This document shows positions 1-8,409 of a stretch of DNA of 64,000 bases, in pieces. Under the pieces are notes generated by a model. That model did no database searches, was not told the origin of the DNA, and saw nothing but the letters and a program-made list of their open reading frames with translations. The stretch comes from an uncultured delta proteobacterium. Its GTDB lineage: Bacteria > Desulfobacterota > Binatia > DP-6. The DNA lies in NCBI GenBank assembly GCA_963815115.1, contig CAWFFN010000005.1, forward strand, positions 640,001 through 704,000. The letters run 5' to 3'. Position 1 is the first letter of the stretch, and each line of letters starts with the position of its first letter. The position numbers were made by a program, and so were the translations under genes.

Positions 1-182
1 ACCCATGGCGGCTGGAGCGCGATGCCCACCCACGACCAGTCGCCGGTCCAGAGATGCCAGTCGGTGCGACAGATGCCGTTGGCCTCGACGCGCACGATCG
101 CGCCGTTGGCGGGGCAGTGCGGATCGGGCATGTCGCGAACGACCAGCGGCTCGCGGATGGCTTCCATGACGGCGGCGCGCAT
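1..182 (-). CDS. Zn-dependent alcohol dehydrogenase family protein, N-terminal part (runs off the window edge)
   Basis: Manual translation from ATG at 182: MRAAVMEAIREPLVVRDMPDPHCPANGAIVRVEANGICRTDWHLWTG. The GICxTDxH Zn-binding motif is present, with a GAGGAGGA RBS upstream. Confidence 0.85.
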   Translation of the reverse strand, partial: MRAAVMEAIREPLVVRDMPDPHCPANGAIVRVEANGICRTDWHLWTGDWSWVGIALQPPW

Positions 183-266
183 GGTGGGTCCTCCTCTGTG
201 GGCTGTGGGGTGTTACACCCGGCGCGGCTGGCGCGTAAACCCCCGTCGAGGGATCGCCGAAACTAG

Positions 267-1740
267 GAGCCTGACCCAAGACTCCGCCGCATTATGTTGC
301 TAGAAGGGCGACATGGCGGAGGCGGGACGGTGGAAGCCGTATGTGCAGCGGCAGGGGCAGCTGCTGCCGACGTTCGTTGAAGACACGCTCGACCCGAGCG
401 ATCCGGTCTTTTTCATCGACGACGCCGTCGAGAGTCTCGACCTGACGCCGTTCGAGCAGCGCTACGCCGAGACGGGCGAGCATGCCTACGCGCCGCGGCT
501 GTTGCTCAAGCTGTGGCTGTACGCGGCGACGCAGGGCGTATTCAGCGGCCGGGAGATCGCGCGGCGGCTCCGGCGCGACCTAGCTTTCCGGTACCTGGCG
601 GGGGACGGGCCGGTGCCAGATTTCCGGACGATCAATCGCTTCCGGGTGCGGCATCGGGAGGACTTCGCCTGGGTGCTGCGGGCGACCGTCCGGCTGGCGC
701 GCGGGGCCGGGCTGGTGAAGCTCGGGCTCGTGACGGTGGACGGCACGAAGTTGCGGGCGAACACGTCGCGGCACAAAGCGATGAGCCACGCGCGGCTCCA
801 GCAGGAGGAGGCGCGGCTCGAGGCCGAGCTCGCCGCGTTGGTGACCAAGCTGGATGACGTGCAGGCCGCGGAGGACCGCGAACACGGCGAGGACGACGAC
901 GGCAGTGGGGGGTTACCCGCCGAGCTGCGGACGCGGGAGCAGCGGCTGGCCAAGCTGCGGGCGGTGCGGGCGCAGTTGGAGGCCGAGAAGGGTGCGACGT
1001 TGAAGCCGCGGCACCAGAAGAGCTTTGCCGACCCCGACGCGCAGATGATGCGCGCGGGGGACGGGGCCTTGGTCTACGCCTACAACGCCCAGGCAGCCGT
1101 GAGTGCGGACGGGCTGATCGTGGCGACCGGGGTGACGACGGCGGTGCGGGACATTGGGCAGTTGGTCCCCATGATCGAGGCGGTGACCGCGACGACCGGA
1201 GAGTCGCCTGGCTGCACGGTGGCCGACAATGGGTATCTCACGGAGGCGAATCTCGCGACCCTCGCGGAGCGGGGCGTGCGGTGTCTCGTGGCGGTGGGCC
1301 GCGAGGGCAAGGCCGTGCGGTGGCCGCAGGGACCGCACACCCAGCGCATGCATCGCCTGCTCCATCTGCCGTGGGCGCAGCGCTGGTATGCCTGGCGAAA
1401 GACGCAGGCGGAGCGTCCTTACGCGGAGATCAAGCACGCGATGGGCTTTCGCCGGGTCGCGCTGCGGGGCGTGGCGAAGGTCGGCGGCGAGTGGGACCTC
1501 GTGTGCGCGGCCTTCAACCTGCGGCGGCTGCGGGCGCTGGGCCTCGTCCCGGCGTAGACTCTGCCGCACACGCGGCGTGCGTCGGGGGCGTGGGGTCGCC
1601 GTCGGAGCGAATCCGCAGCCCCTTGCGCGCGCTCGCGGCCCATCGATGCGGCGCTGCACACTCGTCGGCGCGCATGGGGCGAGGACGCTGAGCGGAGACG
1701 GTGACCCCACGCCCCCGCACCGGCGTCTCGGGTCACGCTC
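267..1740 (+). mobile_element. Complete IS1182-family insertion sequence with 16-bp imperfect terminal inverted repeats and CTAG target duplication
   Basis: IRL GAGCCTGACCCAAGAC (267-282) and IRR GTCTCGGGTCACGCTC (1725-1740) match at 14/16. CTAG lies directly outside both ends (263-266, 1741-1744). The element carries a single transposase ORF. Confidence 0.9.
313..1557 (+). CDS. IS1182-family DDE transposase
   Basis: DUF772-like N-terminus (AYAPRLLLKLWLYA...FSGREI...PDFRTINRFR), VDGTKLRAN, DPDA, YNAQ, ADNGY and AERPYAEIK...GFRR motifs. Confidence 0.95.
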   Translation: MAEAGRWKPYVQRQGQLLPTFVEDTLDPSDPVFFIDDAVESLDLTPFEQRYAETGEHAYAPRLLLKLWLYAATQGVFSGREIARRLRRDLAFRYLAGDGPVPDFRTINRFRVRHREDFAWVLRATVRLARGAGLVKLGLVTVDGTKLRANTSRHKAMSHARLQQEEARLEAELAALVTKLDDVQAAEDREHGEDDDGSGGLPAELRTREQRLAKLRAVRAQLEAEKGATLKPRHQKSFADPDAQMMRAGDGALVYAYNAQAAVSADGLIVATGVTTAVRDIGQLVPMIEAVTATTGESPGCTVADNGYLTEANLATLAERGVRCLVAVGREGKAVRWPQGPHTQRMHRLLHLPWAQRWYAWRKTQAERPYAEIKHAMGFRRVALRGVAKVGGEWDLVCAAFNLRRLRALGLVPA

Positions 1741-2793
1741 CTAGTAGCCCGCGGCCGCCAGCGCGCGCTCGAGCTGCTCCTCGGTCGAGCCGTAGAACTG
1801 CTCGAACGTCGTGGCGCGCTTGAAGAAGACGTGCACGTCGACTTCCCACGTGAAGCCGATGCCGCCGTGCATCTGGATGGTCTCGCCGCAGACGAGGCGC
1901 GCCGAGTCTCCCGCGTATGCCTTGGCGGTGGCGCAGGCGAGGATGGCCTCGGGGTCGTTCGCATCCAGACACCAGGCCGCGCGATAGACCGCCGAGCGCG
2001 TCGATTCCGTGCGCAGCAGCATGTCGGCGAGTCGGTGCTGGAGCGCCTGGAAGGCGCCGATCGGCCGCTGGAAGGCGGAGCGGGCGTTCACGTACTCGAG
2101 GGTCATCTCGAGCGAGCGCGCCATGAGTCCGAGCAGGGTCGCCGCGGCGCCGACGGCGGCCAGGCGATCGGTGCGCTCGAGGAGGTCGACGCCCCCGACC
2201 GGCGTGGCCGCGTGCTCGAAGGCGACCGTGCCGAAGCGCTGCGCCAGATCGAGCGTCGGCGTCGGGGTCACGTCGAACGGGCCCGCGACGAGATGGACGC
2301 CGTCCGGCGTCGTCACCAGCAACGCATCGGCCGAGGCCGCGAAGGGCACGAAGAACTTGCGGCCGCGCAGCGTGCCGCCCTCCACCCGCGACCCGCCGCC
2401 CGACCGTCCTGCGAAGGGTGCGTCGCGCCGCGCGATCGTCACCACCTTGGTGCCGGCGCAGAGGTCGGCGAGCAGGGCGTCGTCGCGGCCCGAGCGCGCC
2501 AGCAGATCGGCCGCGAGGACGGCGTCGAGCAACGGACCGGGCAGGCAGACGCGGCCGGCTTCCTCGCACACGATCGCCAGCTCGACCGCGCCGAGTCCCT
2601 GACCGCCCTTGTCGGCGGGCACGGTGAGCCCGATGTAACCCATGTCGGCCAGCTGCCGCCACTGTGGCGCCTCGAAGCCGCGCGCGTCGTGTTCCATGAT
2701 CCTGCGGCTGCGCTCGAGCGGCGCGTCCTTGGTGAAGTAGTCGCGGGTGGAGCTGCGCAGCAGCGCCTGGTCCTCGGAGAGCTCGAAGCGCAT
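1741..2793 (-). CDS. Acyl-CoA dehydrogenase family protein (short subunit of a FadE-type pair)
   Basis: MRFELSEDQALLR start, FQRPIGAFQALQHRLAD and QMHGGIGFTWE motifs. Confidence 0.93.
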   Translation of the reverse strand: MRFELSEDQALLRSSTRDYFTKDAPLERSRRIMEHDARGFEAPQWRQLADMGYIGLTVPADKGGQGLGAVELAIVCEEAGRVCLPGPLLDAVLAADLLARSGRDDALLADLCAGTKVVTIARRDAPFAGRSGGGSRVEGGTLRGRKFFVPFAASADALLVTTPDGVHLVAGPFDVTPTPTLDLAQRFGTVAFEHAATPVGGVDLLERTDRLAAVGAAATLLGLMARSLEMTLEYVNARSAFQRPIGAFQALQHRLADMLLRTESTRSAVYRAAWCLDANDPEAILACATAKAYAGDSARLVCGETIQMHGGIGFTWEVDVHVFFKRATTFEQFYGSTEEQLERALAAAGY

Positions 2794-2806
2794 CCCGGGC
2801 TCCCCC

Positions 2807-3980
2807 TCAGGCCTGGGGCAGGCCGAGCACCCGCTTCGAGATGATGTTGCGCTGCACCTCGGACGAGCCGGAGTAGATCGTGCCCGCGCGCGACCAGAGG
2901 AACTCGCGCGCCCAGTCGACGTCGCGGCGCGCGCCCGGGCTCGAGCGCAGGAGCTGGCCCTCGGGGCCGAGCAGGTCGAGCGCGGTTTCCCGGAAGCGCT
3001 TGTCGAACTCGCTCCAGAAGATCTTCTCGATGGAGGACTCGCTCCCGGGTGCCTTGCCGTCGGCGAAGTTCGCCAGCATGCGCACGCCGTTGGCCCGCAT
3101 CACCTCGATCTCCACCAGGAGGCGCGCGAGCTTCTCGCGCGCCGAGCCTGCGAGGCGGCCGTGCTCGCGGCAGGCGGCGGCGAGCAGGTCGAGGTCGCGG
3201 CGGAAGCGCACCGAGTAGGCCAGTGACGAGGCGCCGCGCTCGTAGGCGAGGACCGTCATCGCGATGCGCCAGCCCTCGCCGATCTTGCCGACCAGGTTCT
3301 CCTTGGGGACGCGCGCGTCCTCGAAGAAGACCTCGCCGAACTCGCTCTCGCCGGTGATCTGCCGCAGCGGCCGCACGGTGACGCCGGGCGTGTCGAGCCT
3401 GCAGAGGACGAACGAGATGCCGCCATACCGGTCCTTCGGATCGGTCCGGCAGAGGACGAAGATCCAGTCGGCCCATGGGCCGAACGTGGTCCACACCTTC
3501 TGGCCGTTGAGCACGAACTGGTCGCCGTCGAGTGCGGCGCTGGTCTTGAGCGCGGCGAGATCGCTCCCGGCGCCGGGCTCGCTGAAACCCTGGCACCAGA
3601 TCTCGTCGCCCGAGAGCATGGGCGGGATGAAGCGGCGGCGCTGCGCCTCGCTGCCATGATGGATGAGCGCCGGCCCCAGCAAGCCGATGCCGAGGATGTT
3701 CGGGATGGGAGGCGCATCTGCGCGTGCCAGCTCCGCCTCGAAGATCGACTTCTCGACCTCGGTGGCGCCGCGGCCTCCCCATTCCGGCGGCCAGTCCATG
3801 CCGAGATAGCCGCCCTGGTAGAGCTTGCGCTGCCAGGCGCGGCGTAGCTCGACCAGCGAGTCCTCCGTGGCCGCGGGCTCGCGCAGCTCCTCGCGCCAGG
3901 GACGTTCCAGGTTCGCCGCGAGCCACGTGCGGAGCTCGTCGCGGAAGGCGAGGGCCTGCGGAGTGAGATCCAGGATCCAT
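2807..3980 (-). CDS. Acyl-CoA dehydrogenase family protein; the natural ATG at 3980 is one base out of frame with the body (frameshift or sequence error)
   Basis: WCQGFSEPGAGSDLA, NGQKVWT and TIYSGSSEVQRNII motifs. Homology-like sequence LDLTPQALAFRDELRTWL continues upstream of the ORF-track start (3799) to about 3973. Confidence 0.85.
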
Positions 3981-4058
3981 CGGCGGTGTCTACGGCCGGC
4001 GCGCGCGCGCTGTCAACGGCCGGCCGCGACGCCTGTCGCGACGCCGGCGCGGGATCGC

Positions 4059-5189
4059 TCAGCGCCGCGGTCGGAAAAGGCCGAACGCGCTGGTGTAGCC
4101 GTGGAGGAACGTCGTCCCCTGCACCGGGCCGATCTCTCCGTTGCAGAAGAAGCCCCCGAGCGGCACGTCACCCAGGTGGCGCCGGAAGGCGTTGGTGTCG
4201 TGATCGGGCTCGCCGTACAGGTGCTTGCCGCGACCGAGGCAGGAGAACAGGAGCGATCCGTGGGGTCGTCCCCGGTAGCGCTCGAGCAGCTCGTCGAGGT
4301 CCGCGGCCGACGTCCGGGCGTCGCGCAGGTGGAACTGGACGACCATGCCGTCACGGACGAGTACGCCGACGACCAGCGCGCCGCTCTTGCCGTCGATGCC
4401 CATGACGTTGCGGATCAGGAAATCGCCGTGCCCGTACTCCTGGCGATCCTCGCGCATGACGATGCCGAGCTGGAGCGAGTGCCGGAAGAGCTGCTGATCC
4501 TCGGCGCCGGCGTGCGCGTAGACGTCCTGGAGGACGGCACCGGCGCGCCGGCCGTCCAGCTCGTGGATCACGTTGCGCTCGCTGCGCGTGACGAACATCG
4601 GCTCGCCGATCGGCCGGCAGCCCTGCGCGACGATGGTGTCGACGGCGACGTTGCCCGAGAACGCGATGCCGACCAGGCCGCGCCGGTGCACCACGTCGTC
4701 GAGATAGAGCACGTTTCCGCCCGGCGCACGGCCGCCGCTCGCCAGGCCGCCGATCACGGTGGAGTCGGGATACGTCGCATCGAGCCGATGCAGGAGGTCG
4801 TCGACGTCGAAGGTGAACGGATCGGGCAGCAGCAGGAAGCTCGGCGTTTCCTGCGCCGCCAGCGGCGGCAGCGCCGGCTCGTCGAGATGAAAGGACGTGC
4901 AGCGGACGTCGGGAAGCACTGCCGCGGAGAGCGACAGCCCGGGCTGCTCCTCGAGCTCCCGGCCGCCGCCGATGACGCCACCCGCCGAGCAGCCGACGAA
5001 GGTGCCGCCGCCGAGCGTGGCGCGCACGAGCGCGGCCAGCCGCTCGTAGCGCGACTCGTGATGCGGCGAGATGAAGGCCACGACGAGGTCGGGCGTGGCT
5101 CCCTCGAGACCGGCCTGCAGGACCGCCGCCGCCTCGTCGACGGCCGCCTCCAGCCGCGAAGCGGTCGACGCCGCCGAGCTCCACCGCAT
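4059..5189 (-). CDS. FIST N/C-domain signal-transduction protein
   Basis: VGCSAGGVIG, VIGGLASG, VAQGCRPIG, FSCLGRG and GFFCNGEIGP motifs. Likely start is MRWSS at 5189. Confidence 0.92.
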   Translation of the reverse strand: MRWSSAASTASRLEAAVDEAAAVLQAGLEGATPDLVVAFISPHHESRYERLAALVRATLGGGTFVGCSAGGVIGGGRELEEQPGLSLSAAVLPDVRCTSFHLDEPALPPLAAQETPSFLLLPDPFTFDVDDLLHRLDATYPDSTVIGGLASGGRAPGGNVLYLDDVVHRRGLVGIAFSGNVAVDTIVAQGCRPIGEPMFVTRSERNVIHELDGRRAGAVLQDVYAHAGAEDQQLFRHSLQLGIVMREDRQEYGHGDFLIRNVMGIDGKSGALVVGVLVRDGMVVQFHLRDARTSAADLDELLERYRGRPHGSLLFSCLGRGKHLYGEPDHDTNAFRRHLGDVPLGGFFCNGEIGPVQGTTFLHGYTSAFGLFRPRR

Positions 5190-5272
5190 GTCGTTCGTCC
5201 CTAGCACAGACGGGAGGCCAGTGCGCGGCCGCCCGGTTCCCTCGCCGGGGTCGTCCCTCTAGCATCGCCGCG

Positions 5273-6949
5273 ATGGAGGAGGGACGGAGCGACTCCCTCG
5301 CGGCGTGGGCGGCGACGGCCGAACGCATCGGGGCCACCACCAGGCGGCTCGAGAAGGGCGCCATCCTGGCGCGCTACCTCGCCGCCCTCGACGCCCCGTC
5401 GGTCGTCGTCGCGGCGCGCTTCTTCGGCGGGACGGTCTTCGCGCGCCACGACGCGCGCACGACGCGGGTCGGCCCCTCGTTGCTCACGGGGGCGCTCACC
5501 GCGGTGTCGGGCGCGGATCCGGCGACCCTCGGTGAACGGTACGTCGCGCACGGCGACGCGGGGGATCTCGCGGCCGAGCTGCTCGCGGGCCGGCCCGACG
5601 CCGCCCTCGGGCTGACCGAGGTGGCGGAGCGCCTGGCGGCTCTCGGCGCCGCGGCCACGACGGCGGAGCGGCGATCCGACCTCGAGGCCCTCCTCGCCAG
5701 CGTCGGCTCGCGCGAGGCCCGCTACCTCGTCCGGCTTCTCCTCGGCGAGCTGCGCATCGGGCTCAAGGAGGCGCAGGTCGAGGAGGCTTTGGCGGCGGCA
5801 TTCGCGCGGCCGCTCGCCGCCGTGCGCCGGGCACACCTGCTGCGCGGCGACCTGGGCGAGGTGGCCCGGCTCGCGCGCGCAGACGACCTCGATTCCGCCC
5901 GTCTGGCGCTCTTCCATCCCCTCGGCTTCATGCTGGCGCAGCCGCTCGCGACGGCGGCCGAGATCGTCGAGCGCCTCCCGGCGCCCTTCGTCCTCGAGGA
6001 CAAGTACGACGGCATCCGCGCCCAGGCCCACGTGAGCGACGGCAGCGTCGTGCTCTTCTCGCGCACGCTCGACGACATCACCGCCGGTTATCCCGAGGTG
6101 GCCGCGACTCTCGCTGCGCTCGGCGAGGGGCTGGTGGTCGACGGCGAGCTGCTCGCGGTCGATCCCGACCAACCCGAGCGCGCGCTGTCATTCAAGGCGT
6201 TGCAGCAGCGGCTCGGTCGCAAGCAGCCCGGCGCCGCGCTGCTCGCCCGAGTGCCGGTCACCTTCATCGCCTTCGACATCCTCGCCGCCGGCGGGGAGCT
6301 GGTCATCGACGAGCCGTGGTCCGAACGCCACGCGCGCCTGGATACGCTCGCGTGGCCCGCGCGCGGGGCGCGCCTGGCGCCCCATCGCCTGTCGGCGGGA
6401 GCGGAGGAGATCGAGGCCGCCTTCGGCGCCGCGCGCGCCGCGGGCAACGAGGGACTGGTCGCGAAGGACCCGGATTCGGCGTACGCACCGGGCCGGCGCG
6501 GCGGCTCGTGGTTCAAGCTGAAGCGGCCGCTCGCCGCCCTCGACGTGGTCGTGACGGCGGTCGAGCGGGGCCACGGCCGGCGCCGCGCGGTGCTCTCCGA
6601 CTACACCTTCGCCGTCCGCGCGGCGGAGGACGATCCGCGCCTGCTGGTGGTCGGCAAGGCGTACAGCGGGCTCACGGATGCCGAGATCGCCGCGCTCACC
6701 GAACGCTTCGAAGCGCTCACGATCGAGCGGCGTCCGGGCTGGCATCGGGTGCTGCCCGAGGTGGTGCTCGAGGTCACCTTCGACACCGTGCAGCCCTCGA
6801 ACCGCCATTCGTCGGGCTACGCGTTGCGCTTCCCGCGCATCGTGCGGGTGCGCGACGACAAGCCGGCGGCCGAGATCGACACCCTCGCCCGCGTCCGGGA
6901 GCTTGCGAGCCGAGACTTCGTCTCGGCTCGCGGCGGAGAGCGAGAGTGA
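5273..6949 (+). CDS. ATP-dependent DNA ligase
   Basis: Motif I EDKYDGIRAQ, DGEL, EGLVAK, YAPGRRGGSWFKLK and LRFPRIVRVRDDK. Confidence 0.95.
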   Translation: MEEGRSDSLAAWAATAERIGATTRRLEKGAILARYLAALDAPSVVVAARFFGGTVFARHDARTTRVGPSLLTGALTAVSGADPATLGERYVAHGDAGDLAAELLAGRPDAALGLTEVAERLAALGAAATTAERRSDLEALLASVGSREARYLVRLLLGELRIGLKEAQVEEALAAAFARPLAAVRRAHLLRGDLGEVARLARADDLDSARLALFHPLGFMLAQPLATAAEIVERLPAPFVLEDKYDGIRAQAHVSDGSVVLFSRTLDDITAGYPEVAATLAALGEGLVVDGELLAVDPDQPERALSFKALQQRLGRKQPGAALLARVPVTFIAFDILAAGGELVIDEPWSERHARLDTLAWPARGARLAPHRLSAGAEEIEAAFGAARAAGNEGLVAKDPDSAYAPGRRGGSWFKLKRPLAALDVVVTAVERGHGRRRAVLSDYTFAVRAAEDDPRLLVVGKAYSGLTDAEIAALTERFEALTIERRPGWHRVLPEVVLEVTFDTVQPSNRHSSGYALRFPRIVRVRDDKPAAEIDTLARVRELASRDFVSARGGERE

Positions 6950-7172
6950 AACTCGATCAACAATGCGGGCGTCGTGCCGCGAGCGGCAAAGCCGCCGCGG
7001 CAGCCGTTTCGGAGCACGAGGCCGGAGCCGAAAACCCAGGCGTGCGCGCCGCGCGGAGCGAAGCCAACGTTCTGCCGCGCCGGCTTCGCCGGCCGCGGCA
7101 CGGCGTTCGCCGTATCTACCGAACGCCACACGCTCGCTCTCCGTGCCGACCCGAGACGGAGTCTCGGGTCGC
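6905..7172. repeat. ~270-bp imperfect palindromic element (MITE/REP-like) between convergent genes
   Basis: Terminal IR GCGAGCCGAGAC / GTCTCGGGTCGC (11/12), a small hairpin at each end, and nested arms GGAGAGCGAG/CTCGCTCTCC plus ~40-nt complementary arms at ~6969-7008 and ~7066-7106. Confidence 0.75.
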
Positions 7173-7176
7173 GTGA

Positions 7177-8409
7177 CTAGAAGGTGGCCTCGAGACCGAC
7201 CAGCGGGATCGGGCTGGTGTGAATGCCCTGCTCGGAGAGCGGCACGAGCACGTTGGCGAAGCCGAAGACGGTGTCGTTCCAGAGATTCAAGCGTCCACCG
7301 ATGGAGAGCGCGTAGTAGCTCGGGCGTACGCTGCTCAGGCCGAAGAGCGGAGCGGTGGGATGCGCGCAGCTCGGACTCGACACCGGACAGCCGTTGCGTG
7401 GATTGTAGCGCGGCAGGTCGAAGAAGCCGGCGGACGCGAAGCCGTGGAACGGCTCGCGCCCGAGGAAGCCGAACGACAGGGTCGCCCGATTGGCCAGCGC
7501 CACGTCGAAGCCCGCGCCGAAGCGGCCCTCGCTCACGTCCACGTCGTCGAGGACGAGATCGAGGCCGCCGTTCACGAAGGCCTGGACGGAGACCGGGCCC
7601 GCGATCGGGATGCGGTGGGTCGAAAGGTAGAGCAGCGGGGACAGCTCCCAGGAGCCGGTCCCCTGGAAGTTCTCCTCGTTGCCCGTCGGCATGCGCACCA
7701 CGAGCCCGAACGCCGCGGCGCCCCAGGGGTTCTTGAAGAAGCGGTACTTGCCGCGGAGCAGGAGGTCGCCGACGCCGTTGGCGTGCGAGATGTCCTGCTC
7801 GAACCTCGTCCCGCGCTGCTCCGGCGGGATCGGGACCAGGCTGTTGTCGCTCGGGTTGCGCTTGAACTCGCTTCCCATCGACCCGACGGAGAGCCGGCTG
7901 AAGAGCACCGGCAGCGCGAGGTTGACCTCGAGATCGTCCGTGATCCCGTACGTGCCCTGGAACGTCATCTCGTCGACGACGAGATCGACGGCGTAGCGGT
8001 CGAACCGGAAGAGCCGTCCGCCCCTGGAGGCGTTCTGGCCCGGGAGGATGATCGGCAGCCTGCTGTCGTGCAGCTGGTCGAGGTTCTCGTCCTGGACCGC
8101 GTCGACCGCGACGCGCTGGTAGCTCGCGCTGACGTTCCACTTCCCGCGTCCGATCGGCTGCGCGCGCTCGAGGTAGAGCTGCCCCAGCAGATCGGTCTCG
8201 CGCTCGAAGGACCCCGACGCCGGATCGAACGTGAAGGTGAGGCCGGGCGACGCGGAGATGACGGGAAGCGATCGGGCCACCGTCGCGGAGAGCGCCTGGC
8301 CGAGCGGCTTGGCGGGACCCCGGAACACGGACTCGAACGTCCGAGCCTCGAGCGGGGCGGCGCCGAGCGACGTCACGACGACGGCGGCGAGGAGCCGCCG
8401 CGCGGTCAC
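7177..8409 (-). CDS. Exported protein, probable outer-membrane beta-barrel (MetA-pathway phenol-degradation/'transporter'-like)
   Basis: GTG start at 8409 overlaps the upstream TGA. It has a signal peptide (RRLLAAVVVTSLGAAPLEA), the GVGDLLLRGKYRF...RMPTGNEENFQGTG motif, amphipathic strands and a C-terminal Phe (VGLEATF). Confidence 0.75.
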   Translation of the reverse strand: MTARRLLAAVVVTSLGAAPLEARTFESVFRGPAKPLGQALSATVARSLPVISASPGLTFTFDPASGSFERETDLLGQLYLERAQPIGRGKWNVSASYQRVAVDAVQDENLDQLHDSRLPIILPGQNASRGGRLFRFDRYAVDLVVDEMTFQGTYGITDDLEVNLALPVLFSRLSVGSMGSEFKRNPSDNSLVPIPPEQRGTRFEQDISHANGVGDLLLRGKYRFFKNPWGAAAFGLVVRMPTGNEENFQGTGSWELSPLLYLSTHRIPIAGPVSVQAFVNGGLDLVLDDVDVSEGRFGAGFDVALANRATLSFGFLGREPFHGFASAGFFDLPRYNPRNGCPVSSPSCAHPTAPLFGLSSVRPSYYALSIGGRLNLWNDTVFGFANVLVPLSEQGIHTSPIPLVGLEATF

